Of a stretch of DNA of 41,553 bases, positions 28,772 through 38,157 are shown piece after piece. Every line of letters starts with the position of its first letter. The stretch's first letter is position 1. The DNA is from Pseudomonadota bacterium (GTDB taxonomy: Bacteria > Bdellovibrionota > FAC87 > UBA2466). Both the position numbers and the translations under genes were made by a program. The stretch is taken from positions 1 through 41,553 of the forward strand of contig JAYSWN010000027.1 of NCBI GenBank assembly GCA_043718025.1, written 5' to 3'. The notes beneath the pieces are model-generated. The model did no database searches. It saw nothing but the letters and a program-made list of their open reading frames with translations, and was not told the origin of the DNA.

Positions 28772-29528
28772 GAGCTAGCTCCGAGTCTTTTTGCGCGGTT
28801 TCAGTCGTGGCGCGCTTGCTTTCTATCGAAGCGGCTCCGGCGCTCGTGATTTTACCGTCTGCAAGTTTCACGATGTAGTTGGCGTGCGCCATCACTTTGG
28901 CGTCGTGGGTAGAGAAGATAAATGTGGTCTTTTCTATTCGATTCATTTCACGCATCAGGTTCAAAATGTTTTCGCCGGTTTTTGAGTCCAGATTTGCGGT
29001 AGGCTCGTCGGCTAAAATAATCTGTGGGCGGGTAACCAGGGCCCGAGCAATCGCCACGCGTTGCCGTTGTCCCCCCGAAAGTTCGGTAGGGCGGTGTTTG
29101 GCGTGAGTGGATAGGCCAACCTTTTCTAGCAGTTCATCGACCCGTTTTTTTCGTTCGGCGCTGGTGAATTTTTTCTGCAGAAGAATCGGGAATTCAACGT
29201 TTTGAAAAACGTTGAGTACCGGCACGAGGTTAAAACTTTGAAAGATAAATCCGATGGTGTGTAGCCGTAGATCGGTGAGTTTTCGCTCGCTGAGTTTCGC
29301 GGTGTCGTTGCCGGCAATTAGCACCTGGCCAGAGGTGCAGGTATCCACGCAGCCTACTAAATTGAGCAGCGTCGTCTTTCCGCTACCGGAGGGGCCGGCC
29401 ACCGAAATGAAATCGCCAGCCGAGACCGCCAAGGTGACGTCTTGAAGTGCCGCTACAACCGTTTTGCCCAGCTTATATTCCTTGCTGACGTTGATGAGAC
29501 TGACAATGGACTGGTGAGAGGTCGCCAC
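28764..29528 (-). CDS. ABC ATP-binding protein, LolD/MacB-like
   Basis: [47 protein letters not shown]. Confidence 0.95.
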   Translation of the reverse strand: MATSHQSIVSLINVSKEYKLGKTVVAALQDVTLAVSAGDFISVAGPSGSGKTTLLNLVGCVDTCTSGQVLIAGNDTAKLSERKLTDLRLHTIGFIFQSFNLVPVLNVFQNVEFPILLQKKFTSAERKKRVDELLEKVGLSTHAKHRPTELSGGQRQRVAIARALVTRPQIILADEPTANLDSKTGENILNLMREMNRIEKTTFIFSTHDAKVMAHANYIVKLADGKITSAGAASIESKRATTETAQKDSELAHD

Positions 29529-29642
29529 GATGAGAGATCCTTGATGAGAGGTTCAATAAAATTGCCTAGGCTTTATACCGGGGGTGAGGCAACTCGTCGA
29601 GAATTGGCGCGAAATAAAATGTGACGCATTGCGATTTGTTTG

Positions 29643-29677
29643 AAAAAAAAACCGCCGGAAAGAGTTTCTCCGGCGGT
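29643..29677 (-). terminator. Rho-independent terminator
   Basis: Stem ACCGCCGGA/TCCGGCGGT followed on the minus strand by a T run; downstream of the 29711 stop. Confidence 0.85.
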
Positions 29678-29710
29678 GGGTAAGGGCTGAGGTCAGATAG
29701 CCGTTAAGAA

Positions 29711-30148
29711 TCAATTTTCGTACTGGCGCAAAACATTTAGTAAATAGTCTGCGGCATCGGAGGTGTTCTGTCGGAATGTGCCGCAAGGATACGTTCCGTC
29801 TTCGAGAAACACCGAACCACCGGCCGCGGTATAGGATTTAGATTCGAAGGGAACGGCGGCACAGAGAGGGGTGGTGGTTTCCACTGCGCCAAACCGGGCT
29901 TGCTCGGTCATGTTGTAAATATGATTCATGGCGTACCATGACAAGGTCGCTAAATATTTCGAAGGGTAGCATTGGCCGGTGGCTAAATCGCAGTAGCTTA
30001 AGTGCACTTGGCCCGAAGCATAAACTTTAAGGTGTTTGGTGGTGGCACCCGGCGTTGGATTAAGCGGACTGACGTTAAGCGAAAGCACGTCAGCCATGGC
30101 GCCTTGTGCGGCAAATAGAAAGACAATAGACAGCAGTAATTTTTTCAT
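29711..30148 (-). CDS. Small secreted hypothetical protein (4 Cys)
   Basis: ATG 30148 with AAAGGA SD; signal peptide MKKLLLSIVFLFAAQGAMA; own terminator. Confidence 0.8.
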   Translation of the reverse strand: MKKLLLSIVFLFAAQGAMADVLSLNVSPLNPTPGATTKHLKVYASGQVHLSYCDLATGQCYPSKYLATLSWYAMNHIYNMTEQARFGAVETTTPLCAAVPFESKSYTAAGGSVFLEDGTYPCGTFRQNTSDAADYLLNVLRQYEN

Positions 30149-30275
30149 CTTGATTCCTTTTTTTATTTTAAAAAAACACGAGCGAGCTCGCTGTGCGCGA
30201 ACAGGCTGCAACCGCGATGCCAGGGGAGTTGGCTTCGGACGGCGTGTTATTGGCGAGTGGACCGGTAAATCTTAT

Positions 30276-31085
30276 CTACGCCGATGGCAAGTTGGCACCA
30301 GACAGTTTGGGGAAGCGCAGAAAATCGCGAGTCACCCCGAAACCTTCGTAGGCCTTTTCAACATTCTCAAACACCTCTTCAAGCAGATCGCGTCGATCAA
30401 TTCCCACGCGGCCGGCTTGATCGGCCAGAGTCTTTGAGACCTTTTCGGTAAAGTTCATGATGAAATACTGCGAGGTTTTAACGTAGGCCCGCCCAAACAC
30501 CGATAGGCGGTCTAAAACGTCGGGCAGCACGATGTGGAGAAAGTGAATGTGCCGAGATTCATCGACCAGCAGGCGACGGCAAAGCTCGGCCCCCAGCGGA
30601 TCGATCTCGGCCCCTTTCGCGCGGCGCAGAAATGCCGAGGCAAAATTCTCTGAAAATAGCGTGGAAAAAAGCCAGTTCTCAACGCGGTAGAAGCCCAAAC
30701 TGGCCGCCTGCCCCAGCACATGGTATTTCCAGTCGTATTGGGGCTTAGTCCCCAGAGCCTTCATGTAATTTTCGATCGCGTAAACGTGGCGGGCTTCATC
30801 GGCGCACTGCAGAGTGAGATACAACAACGTCTCTTCGCTATGAAATTTGTTGGCCGCCTTACTGAACATTCCGCTCAGTACGTCGAGCCCCATTTTTTCG
30901 AGCGTTAGGAAAACACCGGTCAGCTCAGTCCACACCTCGCGGTGCTCTGCTTTCATCGTGAGTGGGGTCGAAAAATCGAGTTCTAAATCGGCCGACCATT
31001 GCCCCTTGGCCGCTTGGCCGTAAAGGGTTTGGATTTTGTGATCATTGACTAAAGACTTTGGGTTTTGAAGCGTTGTCGTCGCCAT
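30276..31085 (-). CDS. Ferritin-like di-iron carboxylate protein (AurF/R2-like superfamily)
   Basis: E...DEARH and E...DESRH motifs; N-terminal LY..A...QW...LDF. Start MATTT at 31085. Confidence 0.8.
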   Translation of the reverse strand: MATTTLQNPKSLVNDHKIQTLYGQAAKGQWSADLELDFSTPLTMKAEHREVWTELTGVFLTLEKMGLDVLSGMFSKAANKFHSEETLLYLTLQCADEARHVYAIENYMKALGTKPQYDWKYHVLGQAASLGFYRVENWLFSTLFSENFASAFLRRAKGAEIDPLGAELCRRLLVDESRHIHFLHIVLPDVLDRLSVFGRAYVKTSQYFIMNFTEKVSKTLADQAGRVGIDRRDLLEEVFENVEKAYEGFGVTRDFLRFPKLSGANLPSA

Positions 31086-31086
31086 G

Positions 31087-32139
31087 TCAAAGCACTCCGC
31101 GCAGTTGTTGATCCCGTTCGATGGTGCGGAAGAGGGCTTGAAAATTTCCTTCCCCAAAAGAATGGTGATTGTGACGTTGGATGAATTCGAAAAAAATCGG
31201 CCCGATCACTTTTTTTGAAAATATCTGAAGTAGGTACCCCTGTTCATCGCCGTCGACCAGAACCCCTTCACGTTCAATCGCTTTAGGGTCTTCCTTTACG
31301 TGGGGAACCCGTTCGAAAACCGTTTGGTAATACTCGGGCTCGATCTCTAGCAGCGGAACCAAAGCGCTGCGGATATCGGGTAAGACGCTTAGTAGGTCGT
31401 CGGTAAGCAGCGCCACGTGCTGAATGCCGGGGCCGTGGTACTCGCGAAGGTACTCCGCAATTTGCGATTTTTCGTCTTTCGATTCATTGATCGGAATGCA
31501 GAAAGTTCCGCACGGTGAACGCAAGGCGTGGGACAACAAACCGGTCTGGTTGCCGGTTATGTCAAAATACCGAACCTCCACAAAACCAAAAATATCTTTG
31601 TAGAAACTGCTCCAGTGCTCAAGATCCCCCTGCGGCACGTTGTTGGTCAAATGATCGATGCTCAAAAATTTTGGGGGGGTGGGCGACGATCCTTTTTTCC
31701 GTTCAAGGAAACCAAGTGATTTAAAATGTCCGGCCGCAATCGCATCATCCACGAGATAAATTACGCTGCCACCGATTCCGTAAATCGCATAGAGCGGCTC
31801 GCCGCTTGGGCTGTGGTAATCAACCACGCTGGCGGCCTCGGCCCCGTTTAAGATGGCGCACTCAAATGCTTCCGCCGCATTTTGAACCTTCAAGCCCAGG
31901 CCGCAAATTGAGGGGCCATGCTTACGCGCAAATTCTGCGGCAAAGCCTTCGGCAAACTCGTTTACAAAGAAGTGGATTTCACTTTGAGAAAAAATGGTGA
32001 TCGGAAGACTGGGGTGCGTCGCCCCTACCTCAAAACCCAGCTTTTCGAAAAGGGGGACGAAAGAGTCTTTTTTGGTGGGAGCAAATTCCAAGAAAGCGAT
32101 TCCTTGAAGTCCCATCGGATTTTTTGGGGAGAGGTTCAT
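31087..32139 (-). CDS. hppD: 4-hydroxyphenylpyruvate dioxygenase
   Basis: NPMGLQGIAFLEF, IDHLTNNV, IPINE, GIQHVAL, FFEFIQR, FGEGNFQALF. Start taken at ATG 32139. Confidence 0.95.
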   Translation of the reverse strand: MNLSPKNPMGLQGIAFLEFAPTKKDSFVPLFEKLGFEVGATHPSLPITIFSQSEIHFFVNEFAEGFAAEFARKHGPSICGLGLKVQNAAEAFECAILNGAEAASVVDYHSPSGEPLYAIYGIGGSVIYLVDDAIAAGHFKSLGFLERKKGSSPTPPKFLSIDHLTNNVPQGDLEHWSSFYKDIFGFVEVRYFDITGNQTGLLSHALRSPCGTFCIPINESKDEKSQIAEYLREYHGPGIQHVALLTDDLLSVLPDIRSALVPLLEIEPEYYQTVFERVPHVKEDPKAIEREGVLVDGDEQGYLLQIFSKKVIGPIFFEFIQRHNHHSFGEGNFQALFRTIERDQQLRGVL

Positions 32140-32271
32140 CCGTGGCTTCCGAAAGCAGGAATCGTGCCGTATCTTTCCGGGCTGGCCGTTCCGATCGCGG
32201 AGACAATTTTTCTCAATAACGGGTCGAAACAGCCCAAGCATGAAAGAAAATGGGCGGGTCGATCGAAAAGC

Positions 32272-32306
32272 AAAAAAAAGCCCCGGCTTTTTACCAAAGC
32301 CAGGGC
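32272..32306 (-). terminator. Rho-independent terminator
   Basis: GCCCCGGCTTT/AAAGCCAGGGC stem with a T run on the minus strand, just after the ferritin-like stop. Confidence 0.8.
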
Positions 32307-32319
32307 ATGTAATGAAAGT

Positions 32320-32745
32320 TTACTTCGGGTTTCGGATCATTTTTTCAATCTCTTCAACGTGGGCGGTTTCATCGGCAATCTGCTTGCGCACCATCTCTTC
32401 CATGGCAACGTCGTTGCCCACTCTTGAAAGTAGCTCGTGGTAATAGCCTAACGTCTCTTTTTCGAAAGACAGTGCCTCTTTTAAAATTTCCAGAATGTTG
32501 TGATTATCAGTCTCCGGAACCGGCTTCACCTTGATTGAAGGGTGGCCACCGAGTGCGGTAATTTTTTCACCAATTAACGTGGCGTGCATAAAGCCTTCGT
32601 TAGAGTGATCGCGAAACCATTTGGTGATGGGGATGCGGTTTGGACCAAAAATCATGAAGCTGTAATGCAAATAGCGCACTACGCCAGAAAGTTCGGCTTC
32701 AAGAATCTTATCGAGCAGTGGCATCAGGTCTCTAGAGTCGGTCAT
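32320..32745 (-). CDS. Bacterioferritin-like / ferritin-like protein
   Basis: ILEAELSGVVRY, HA..IGEKI..LGGHP, FEKE...YY, DETAH four-helix pattern. Confidence 0.88.
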   Translation of the reverse strand: MTDSRDLMPLLDKILEAELSGVVRYLHYSFMIFGPNRIPITKWFRDHSNEGFMHATLIGEKITALGGHPSIKVKPVPETDNHNILEILKEALSFEKETLGYYHELLSRVGNDVAMEEMVRKQIADETAHVEEIEKMIRNPK

Positions 32746-32883
32746 GGGAAGTTCCTTTCAACGGATAAAAAAGGGCAGACTAGCCAGAACGGAGCCCTTC
32801 GTAAACCCTTTAAGTGGCGGTAACCATTAGGAAAGCGACGGGGGTTCTTGTGGCCCCTTGGGCTCCGGTGTTATCCTTAAGTG

Positions 32884-33363
32884 ATGCGAAATATTCAGGT
32901 TTTTGGACGCCGGTTGGGCGCCCTTTTTCTTTTTGCCACCGTTCTTTACGCCGAACTTCCGCCGCTGCCGCCGCAAAATTATCAACAGCCGGTGGTGATT
33001 TCGCCCGGGCTGATCACTCCGGGAGTGATGTCGTCGGGCAACCAGGCGCCGGCTCAGGCCCCGACTCCGCGTCCGCTCACGCTCCAGGGCAATCCCCGCT
33101 ATGGCGCCGAAGCCGCTGACTACAACACTGAACAGCGAAAACAGTGGTTAGAGAAATGCGAACCCCTGCGCGAAGTTGATTTCGCCGGATTTCGAAAATG
33201 CTTTGAAGTTGAAAAGAAGAAGTCTACGGATGGCATTAAGCGTCGCTTCCGTGATGTGGAGGCCCGCCAGGGGCAGCCTTTTCGAAACGTGGGGCCCGAT
33301 CCAGCGGCGATGGATGCACCGACCAAAAATCCAGCATTCGACGTCGAGGTTGAAAAGAATTAG
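32884..33363 (+). CDS. Secreted hypothetical protein, Pro-rich N-terminus, Cys pair
   Basis: Signal peptide ending VLYA; leads the mce-rhomboid run. Confidence 0.65.
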   Translation: MRNIQVFGRRLGALFLFATVLYAELPPLPPQNYQQPVVISPGLITPGVMSSGNQAPAQAPTPRPLTLQGNPRYGAEAADYNTEQRKQWLEKCEPLREVDFAGFRKCFEVEKKKSTDGIKRRFRDVEARQGQPFRNVGPDPAAMDAPTKNPAFDVEVEKN

Positions 33364-33373
33364 AGTGCCGCGA

Positions 33374-33784
33374 ATGTTAAAGCTTTCGCATATCGCCATT
33401 GCCACCCCAGAAATTAAAAAAGCCATTGAGAAGTTTCAGGCCCTTGAGCTTCGCGTCGCCGAAACTCACGACGTACCGAGTGAAAAGGTAAAAGCTACCA
33501 TGCTGCATCTGGAAGCCTCGTCGCATTTACGCCTAGAACTGCTCGAACCCACTTCAACCGATTCGCCCATTTCCAAATTCTTAGAGAAACGGCCCAAAGG
33601 GGGCATTCACCACCTGTGCTTTGAAGTGCGGGGGATTGATAAGTGGAAGGCCGAGTTGGAGAAAGCCGGAATACCCGTGCTGCCACCGGGAATTCGACCA
33701 GGGGCCCGGGGACGTGCTCTGTTCTTGGATCCGCGGGCGATGGAAGGGGTACTTATCGAACTAGAGGAACTTGCCGATAAGTGA
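33374..33784 (+). CDS. mce: Methylmalonyl-CoA epimerase (VOC family)
   Basis: SHIAIA, LELLEP...SPISKFLEKR..GGIHHLCFEV, FLDP...GVLIEL. Start ATG 33374. Confidence 0.85.
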   Translation: MLKLSHIAIATPEIKKAIEKFQALELRVAETHDVPSEKVKATMLHLEASSHLRLELLEPTSTDSPISKFLEKRPKGGIHHLCFEVRGIDKWKAELEKAGIPVLPPGIRPGARGRALFLDPRAMEGVLIELEELADK

Positions 33785-33793
33785 GAAGTATAT

Positions 33794-34555
33794 ATGCGCC
33801 ACGACCAAATTAGCCCAATCCCTCAGTTAACCCCGGTCACTAAGGGGATTATTCTTACGTGCGTCGTCACGTACTTTGTGGACTTCATTTTTTCGCACAC
33901 GCCGTGGGGCACAATTAATGGCTTGGCGTTGAACGAGATTTTTGGCTTGGTACCGGCCCGCATCATGGTCGACAAATGGCTTTGGCAATTTGTGACCTAT
34001 CTATTTTTTCACGGTCACCCGTTGCACATTTTGCTGAACATGCTGATTTTGTGGTACTTCGGTTCCGAAATCGAACAGCGACTGGGCAAAAAAGAGTTTA
34101 TTTTCTACTTTTTTCTATGTGGCATTGGCGCCGGGCTTTTTAATTTCGCGGTGGCGGCAGCCTTTTCAGAGCCGGCCAAACTGTTGCATCCCATTATCGG
34201 GGCTAGCGGCGCCATCTTTGGAATTCTGGCGGCTTACGGCGTTTTCTTTGGTGACCGCTACTTCTTGGTGTTCTTCCTCTTTCCGATGAAGGCCAAATAC
34301 TTTGTTCTCGTCATGGCCGGCATCGAGCTGATCATGGGGGTCGAGGCAAATTCTACCGACAACGTTGCCCATTTTGCCCACATCGGCGGCATGTTTGTAG
34401 GCGCCGTGTACCTTTATTTCCGCTACGTCCGCTCCAGCCTCTCGAAAATTACCAACCGTAAAGACGCTGACCGCGAAAAATTAAAGCGCCAGTTCACGCT
34501 AATCGTGAACGAAAAAGACAAAGACAAGGAAGAAAAAGGGCCGTTTTGGAATTAG
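33794..34555 (+). CDS. Rhomboid intramembrane serine protease
   Basis: WQFVTYLFFH, HILLNM, GASG, AHIGG. Confidence 0.95.
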   Translation: MRHDQISPIPQLTPVTKGIILTCVVTYFVDFIFSHTPWGTINGLALNEIFGLVPARIMVDKWLWQFVTYLFFHGHPLHILLNMLILWYFGSEIEQRLGKKEFIFYFFLCGIGAGLFNFAVAAAFSEPAKLLHPIIGASGAIFGILAAYGVFFGDRYFLVFFLFPMKAKYFVLVMAGIELIMGVEANSTDNVAHFAHIGGMFVGAVYLYFRYVRSSLSKITNRKDADREKLKRQFTLIVNEKDKDKEEKGPFWN

Positions 34556-34571
34556 TTTTTTTGAACCGGGG

Positions 34572-36617
34572 CTATTTTTTGCCGGGCATTTCGTTGGAAA
34601 ACTGAATGTAGCCTTTAGTGTGGTCGCGGTTGCCCTTGATGTTTTTGGCCACGCGGGCGAGGTCTTCCTCGGTCACAAACGTGCCATGAAGCCGGCGCAA
34701 CGGAACCCCCGGCATGGTCATCAAACAGTCGCCGCGCCCCATGAGCGATTCGGCCCCGCCGGTATCCAGCACCGTCCGAGAGTCAATTCCCGAAGGCACT
34801 TTAAACGCTAAACGAGAAGGCATGTTCGCTTTGATCAACCCCGTCACCACGTCGGTAGAGGGACGTTGAGTTGCAATCACGATATGAATGCCGGCCGCGC
34901 GTGCTTTTTGCGCCAGACGGGTGATCGCCACTTCCACATCTTTTCCACCCGACATCATCAAGTCCGCAAGCTCGTCTACGATAATGACGAGCAATGGAAT
35001 TTTATCAACGCCCTTGTGCTTCTCATTATACGATTCAATATTTTTGTTTCCCGCTTCGGCCATCAAGGCGTAGCGGCGTTCCATCTCTTGCACCGCCCAG
35101 TTTAAGGCGTTGTAAGCCACGCCATTGTCGGTGATCACATTGGTCACCAAGTGCGGCAGGCCGTCAAAGGCAACGAGCTCGAGCATCTTCGGATCGACCA
35201 AAATCATTCGCAAGTCTTTGGGCGATAAGCGGAAGATCAAACTCGTGATCAAAGAATTAATGAAGACTGACTTACCGCTGCCGGTACCGCCGGCGACGAG
35301 TAAATGGGGCATGGCCGCCAAGTCGCCGTACACGGCAACGCCGTCGGTAGTGCGCCCAAGGGCGATGGGAAGTTTCAGCTTCTTATCCCAAAATTGCTTT
35401 TCGTTCATCGCGTCTTTCAGCGGAATCACTTCGCTTTGCGGACGGGGCACTTCGATACCCACCGTGGTTTTACCGGGAATCGGAGCCACCACGCGCAGTT
35501 GGGGAGTCCCCATCAGTACGCCTAAGTCGTCTTGAAGAGCGGCGATTTTGCTGAGCTTCATGCCGGCGGCCGGCTTAAATTCATAGGTAACCAGCACCGG
35601 GCCTTGCGTAATATTGGTGATTTGTCCGGTCACTTGAAAACTCAAAAGTTGCTCAACAATCTTGTTAGCGCGGTCTTTTAGTTCACCGCGCGACAATTTT
35701 TTTGCATCGCTGGTAATGTTTTTAAGGATGCGCACCGATGGGGCTTCGTAAGTGCCAGTGAAGGGAATCATCGGCTGGAACACACTGGGGTCGGGAGGGG
35801 TTAGAGTGCCCTCTTCTTCGATGCCTTCGAGCGCGCTCAGATCAATCTCATCCGTTTTTTCAGTATCTTCGTCATCGGTTTTTACCAGTTTCAATTTTCC
35901 CTTGGCCGGTACCTTTTTCTTTTTCGGCGGAGCAGAAGAAGGGGTAGCGTTTACTTGCTGAGCCACCCTAGGTCTCGGAACTTGAGCAACGGATTCGGTA
36001 GCATCCGCGTCAAGCGAACGATCCCCGTTAAACATACGATCTAAAAACCGGGTGAAGGATAGTCCGGTGGTGAGAATTGCGGTGATGAGAAATCCGAAAA
36101 AGATAATGATAATCGCGCCGGTAACATTAAAATAGCGGCTCAAAAAATTTCCCACTTCACGGCCCACTAGGCCGCCCTGCCAAAGGCTTGCTTCCGGAGC
36201 CTGATCTTGCATGAGCAGATGCAAGGCCATGGCGGTGAGGCAGGCTCCTAGCACCAGGCCAAAAATGCGGGGCAGGTCGCGCTTCAAGGCAATTCCGCGA
36301 AAGGCGCTGAGAGTTAACCAACCGAGAATGAACACCGCGAGATAGCCCGGCGCGCCAACGGCACCTAAGAAACCTTCGCTGACTGCCGCACCTACGATGC
36401 CGCCCAAATTGTTGATCTGGTCGAGTCGTCCACGCATGAGGTTAAAGCTGTCTAGGGGAAGGTAAGAGGTAAGCGCTACCAATACAAAAATGGTGATCAA
36501 CGCGAGAATTGTGCCCTTGATCTCACGCGACATGCGATCGAGCGAAGCTTCGCCAGACTCGCCTTCGTCTTTTTGGCGCTCAAAGAAGCGCTCAACTGCT
36601 GATGTCATCCAAAGCAT
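34572..36617 (-). CDS. ftsK: DNA translocase FtsK (4TM + alpha/beta motor; gamma domain absent)
   Basis: N-terminal TM domain, PIPGK, MPHLLVAGGTGSGKS, DPKMLEL, IVDELADLMM, ARAAGIH...TQRPS. Confidence 0.93.
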   Translation of the reverse strand: MLWMTSAVERFFERQKDEGESGEASLDRMSREIKGTILALITIFVLVALTSYLPLDSFNLMRGRLDQINNLGGIVGAAVSEGFLGAVGAPGYLAVFILGWLTLSAFRGIALKRDLPRIFGLVLGACLTAMALHLLMQDQAPEASLWQGGLVGREVGNFLSRYFNVTGAIIIIFFGFLITAILTTGLSFTRFLDRMFNGDRSLDADATESVAQVPRPRVAQQVNATPSSAPPKKKKVPAKGKLKLVKTDDEDTEKTDEIDLSALEGIEEEGTLTPPDPSVFQPMIPFTGTYEAPSVRILKNITSDAKKLSRGELKDRANKIVEQLLSFQVTGQITNITQGPVLVTYEFKPAAGMKLSKIAALQDDLGVLMGTPQLRVVAPIPGKTTVGIEVPRPQSEVIPLKDAMNEKQFWDKKLKLPIALGRTTDGVAVYGDLAAMPHLLVAGGTGSGKSVFINSLITSLIFRLSPKDLRMILVDPKMLELVAFDGLPHLVTNVITDNGVAYNALNWAVQEMERRYALMAEAGNKNIESYNEKHKGVDKIPLLVIIVDELADLMMSGGKDVEVAITRLAQKARAAGIHIVIATQRPSTDVVTGLIKANMPSRLAFKVPSGIDSRTVLDTGGAESLMGRGDCLMTMPGVPLRRLHGTFVTEEDLARVAKNIKGNRDHTKGYIQFSNEMPGKK

Positions 36618-36936
36618 TAAAAACCCTTTACCCCAAACGGGTGGCCTTACATTTCAAAGTCGATTCAACGAGTGAATCTGCAGTCCGGTTGGTTAAAGTC
36701 TAGATGTCGTAGCTACGGGGACTTAGAAGCCAAGCCTTCGGCAGGCGAGCTTCCTCGGGGGTGAATTCTGCAAGAAGAGGGCCCAGGGAAAGGCGGAGCT
36801 ATCTCATTGGGAGCTCGTTGGTTTTACAGCTAAACGTTGGCAAAACCTTTTTTGTTTTGGGCGTGAGGGCTTTGTTCTCGTCGTAAAAATGACAATTTTC
36901 GGCAAGGCGTCCTTAAAATCGTCACCCGTTGGTTTG

Positions 36937-38004
36937 TCAGAGGGAGGGGCGCAAAAACGGACCAGTAGCATTGAGGCGAAGCTTCGCGGCGTCCGCCGAT
37001 TTTTGGTAAAGCGGGTCGTAATACCAGACTAATAGTTTCTGAATCCAGACCCGATTGCTCGCCAGTCCCTCCCCGGCAGCAAATGCGGCTTTTGACGCGG
37101 CCAGGTCTTCTAAGATTTCTTTGGTTCTTACGCCCCCTAGTTTCTTGGAGATGGCCATCATTGAATTTTGGAATTGAGTGAACCTTGATTGGTTACCGTG
37201 GACGCCAAGACTCGAATTTACGACGTAGTCTTGATAAATATTTTCTACACGCTGTTCTAGCGGAACTTCTAAAATAAATTGTTTGCTTGTTCGCAATTTC
37301 GAATAAACAGACGGGGGCACCGTGCAACGCCCAATCATCTGGCTTTCGTTTTCGATTAAGATCGGACCAGGCATTCTCATCACTTTAAGTAGGTCGATGG
37401 CCAGAGCGTTTTCAAAATTAACCTGGTTGGGCTGAGGAGATTCTTCTGCGCCAAAGGCCGAGCCCCGATGCACGGCCAGTCGTTCAAGATCGATAAACGG
37501 TTTGTCGCTGGCGTGTAGGTAGTGGGTCTTTCCCGAGCCGGTGGGGCCACCCACCACCAGAAACTCAAGGGCATCTACCCGATGGGCAAAAAACTCGATG
37601 ACGAAACGCCGAAGCGCTTTATAACCACCGGCAACAATAGGGCGCTGAATTCCGATGTCGCCCAGCCATTGTTGAACTATTTGTGATCTAAGTCCCCCGC
37701 GAAAGCAAAAGAGCACGGTCTCTGGCCGCCGTTGGATCTGCCCTACCCACTTCTGTAAGCGCGCTTGGCGAATTTCTCCTGATACGAGGCTGTGGCCCAG
37801 CGCGATGGCCGCAGCTTGCCCCTGTTTTCGGTAGGTAAGACCCACCTGGTGACGCTCTTCATCACTGAGCAGGGGCAGATTGACGGCCCCCGGAATCGAC
37901 CCCGCCGCATACTCAATCGGGGCCCGTAAATCGATAAATGGGGCATTCGCTAACAGCAATGTTTCGAATTCAGGTGGACAAATTTTCTCGATGCTCTGGC
38001 TCAC
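36937..38004 (-). CDS. mnmH: tRNA 2-selenouridine synthase
   Basis: Rhodanese domain IDLRAP.EY..G.IPGA, CFRGGLRS; P-loop GPTGSGKT; DLE.LA.HRGSAFG; YYDPLY. Confidence 0.95.
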   Translation of the reverse strand: MSQSIEKICPPEFETLLLANAPFIDLRAPIEYAAGSIPGAVNLPLLSDEERHQVGLTYRKQGQAAAIALGHSLVSGEIRQARLQKWVGQIQRRPETVLFCFRGGLRSQIVQQWLGDIGIQRPIVAGGYKALRRFVIEFFAHRVDALEFLVVGGPTGSGKTHYLHASDKPFIDLERLAVHRGSAFGAEESPQPNQVNFENALAIDLLKVMRMPGPILIENESQMIGRCTVPPSVYSKLRTSKQFILEVPLEQRVENIYQDYVVNSSLGVHGNQSRFTQFQNSMMAISKKLGGVRTKEILEDLAASKAAFAAGEGLASNRVWIQKLLVWYYDPLYQKSADAAKLRLNATGPFLRPSL

Positions 38005-38157
38005 GGGGTAGCTATATCATTCTGGCAAATAAAGTTGAGTGGCTTTATTTGCCTAAAATAAAGAAGGGTCGGCTGCTTTACCCCTACCAAAATACGTTCG
38101 ACGGTGTTTGGGGTTTCGGACGAAGTTTGCTACCGTACCTTCCAAGTTGAGGGCTCA

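Noticed and set aside
31087..32139. Hydroxymandelate synthase instead of HPPD
   Set aside because: IPINE and FGEGNF are HPPD-type, and there is no NRPS/hydroxyphenylglycine context.
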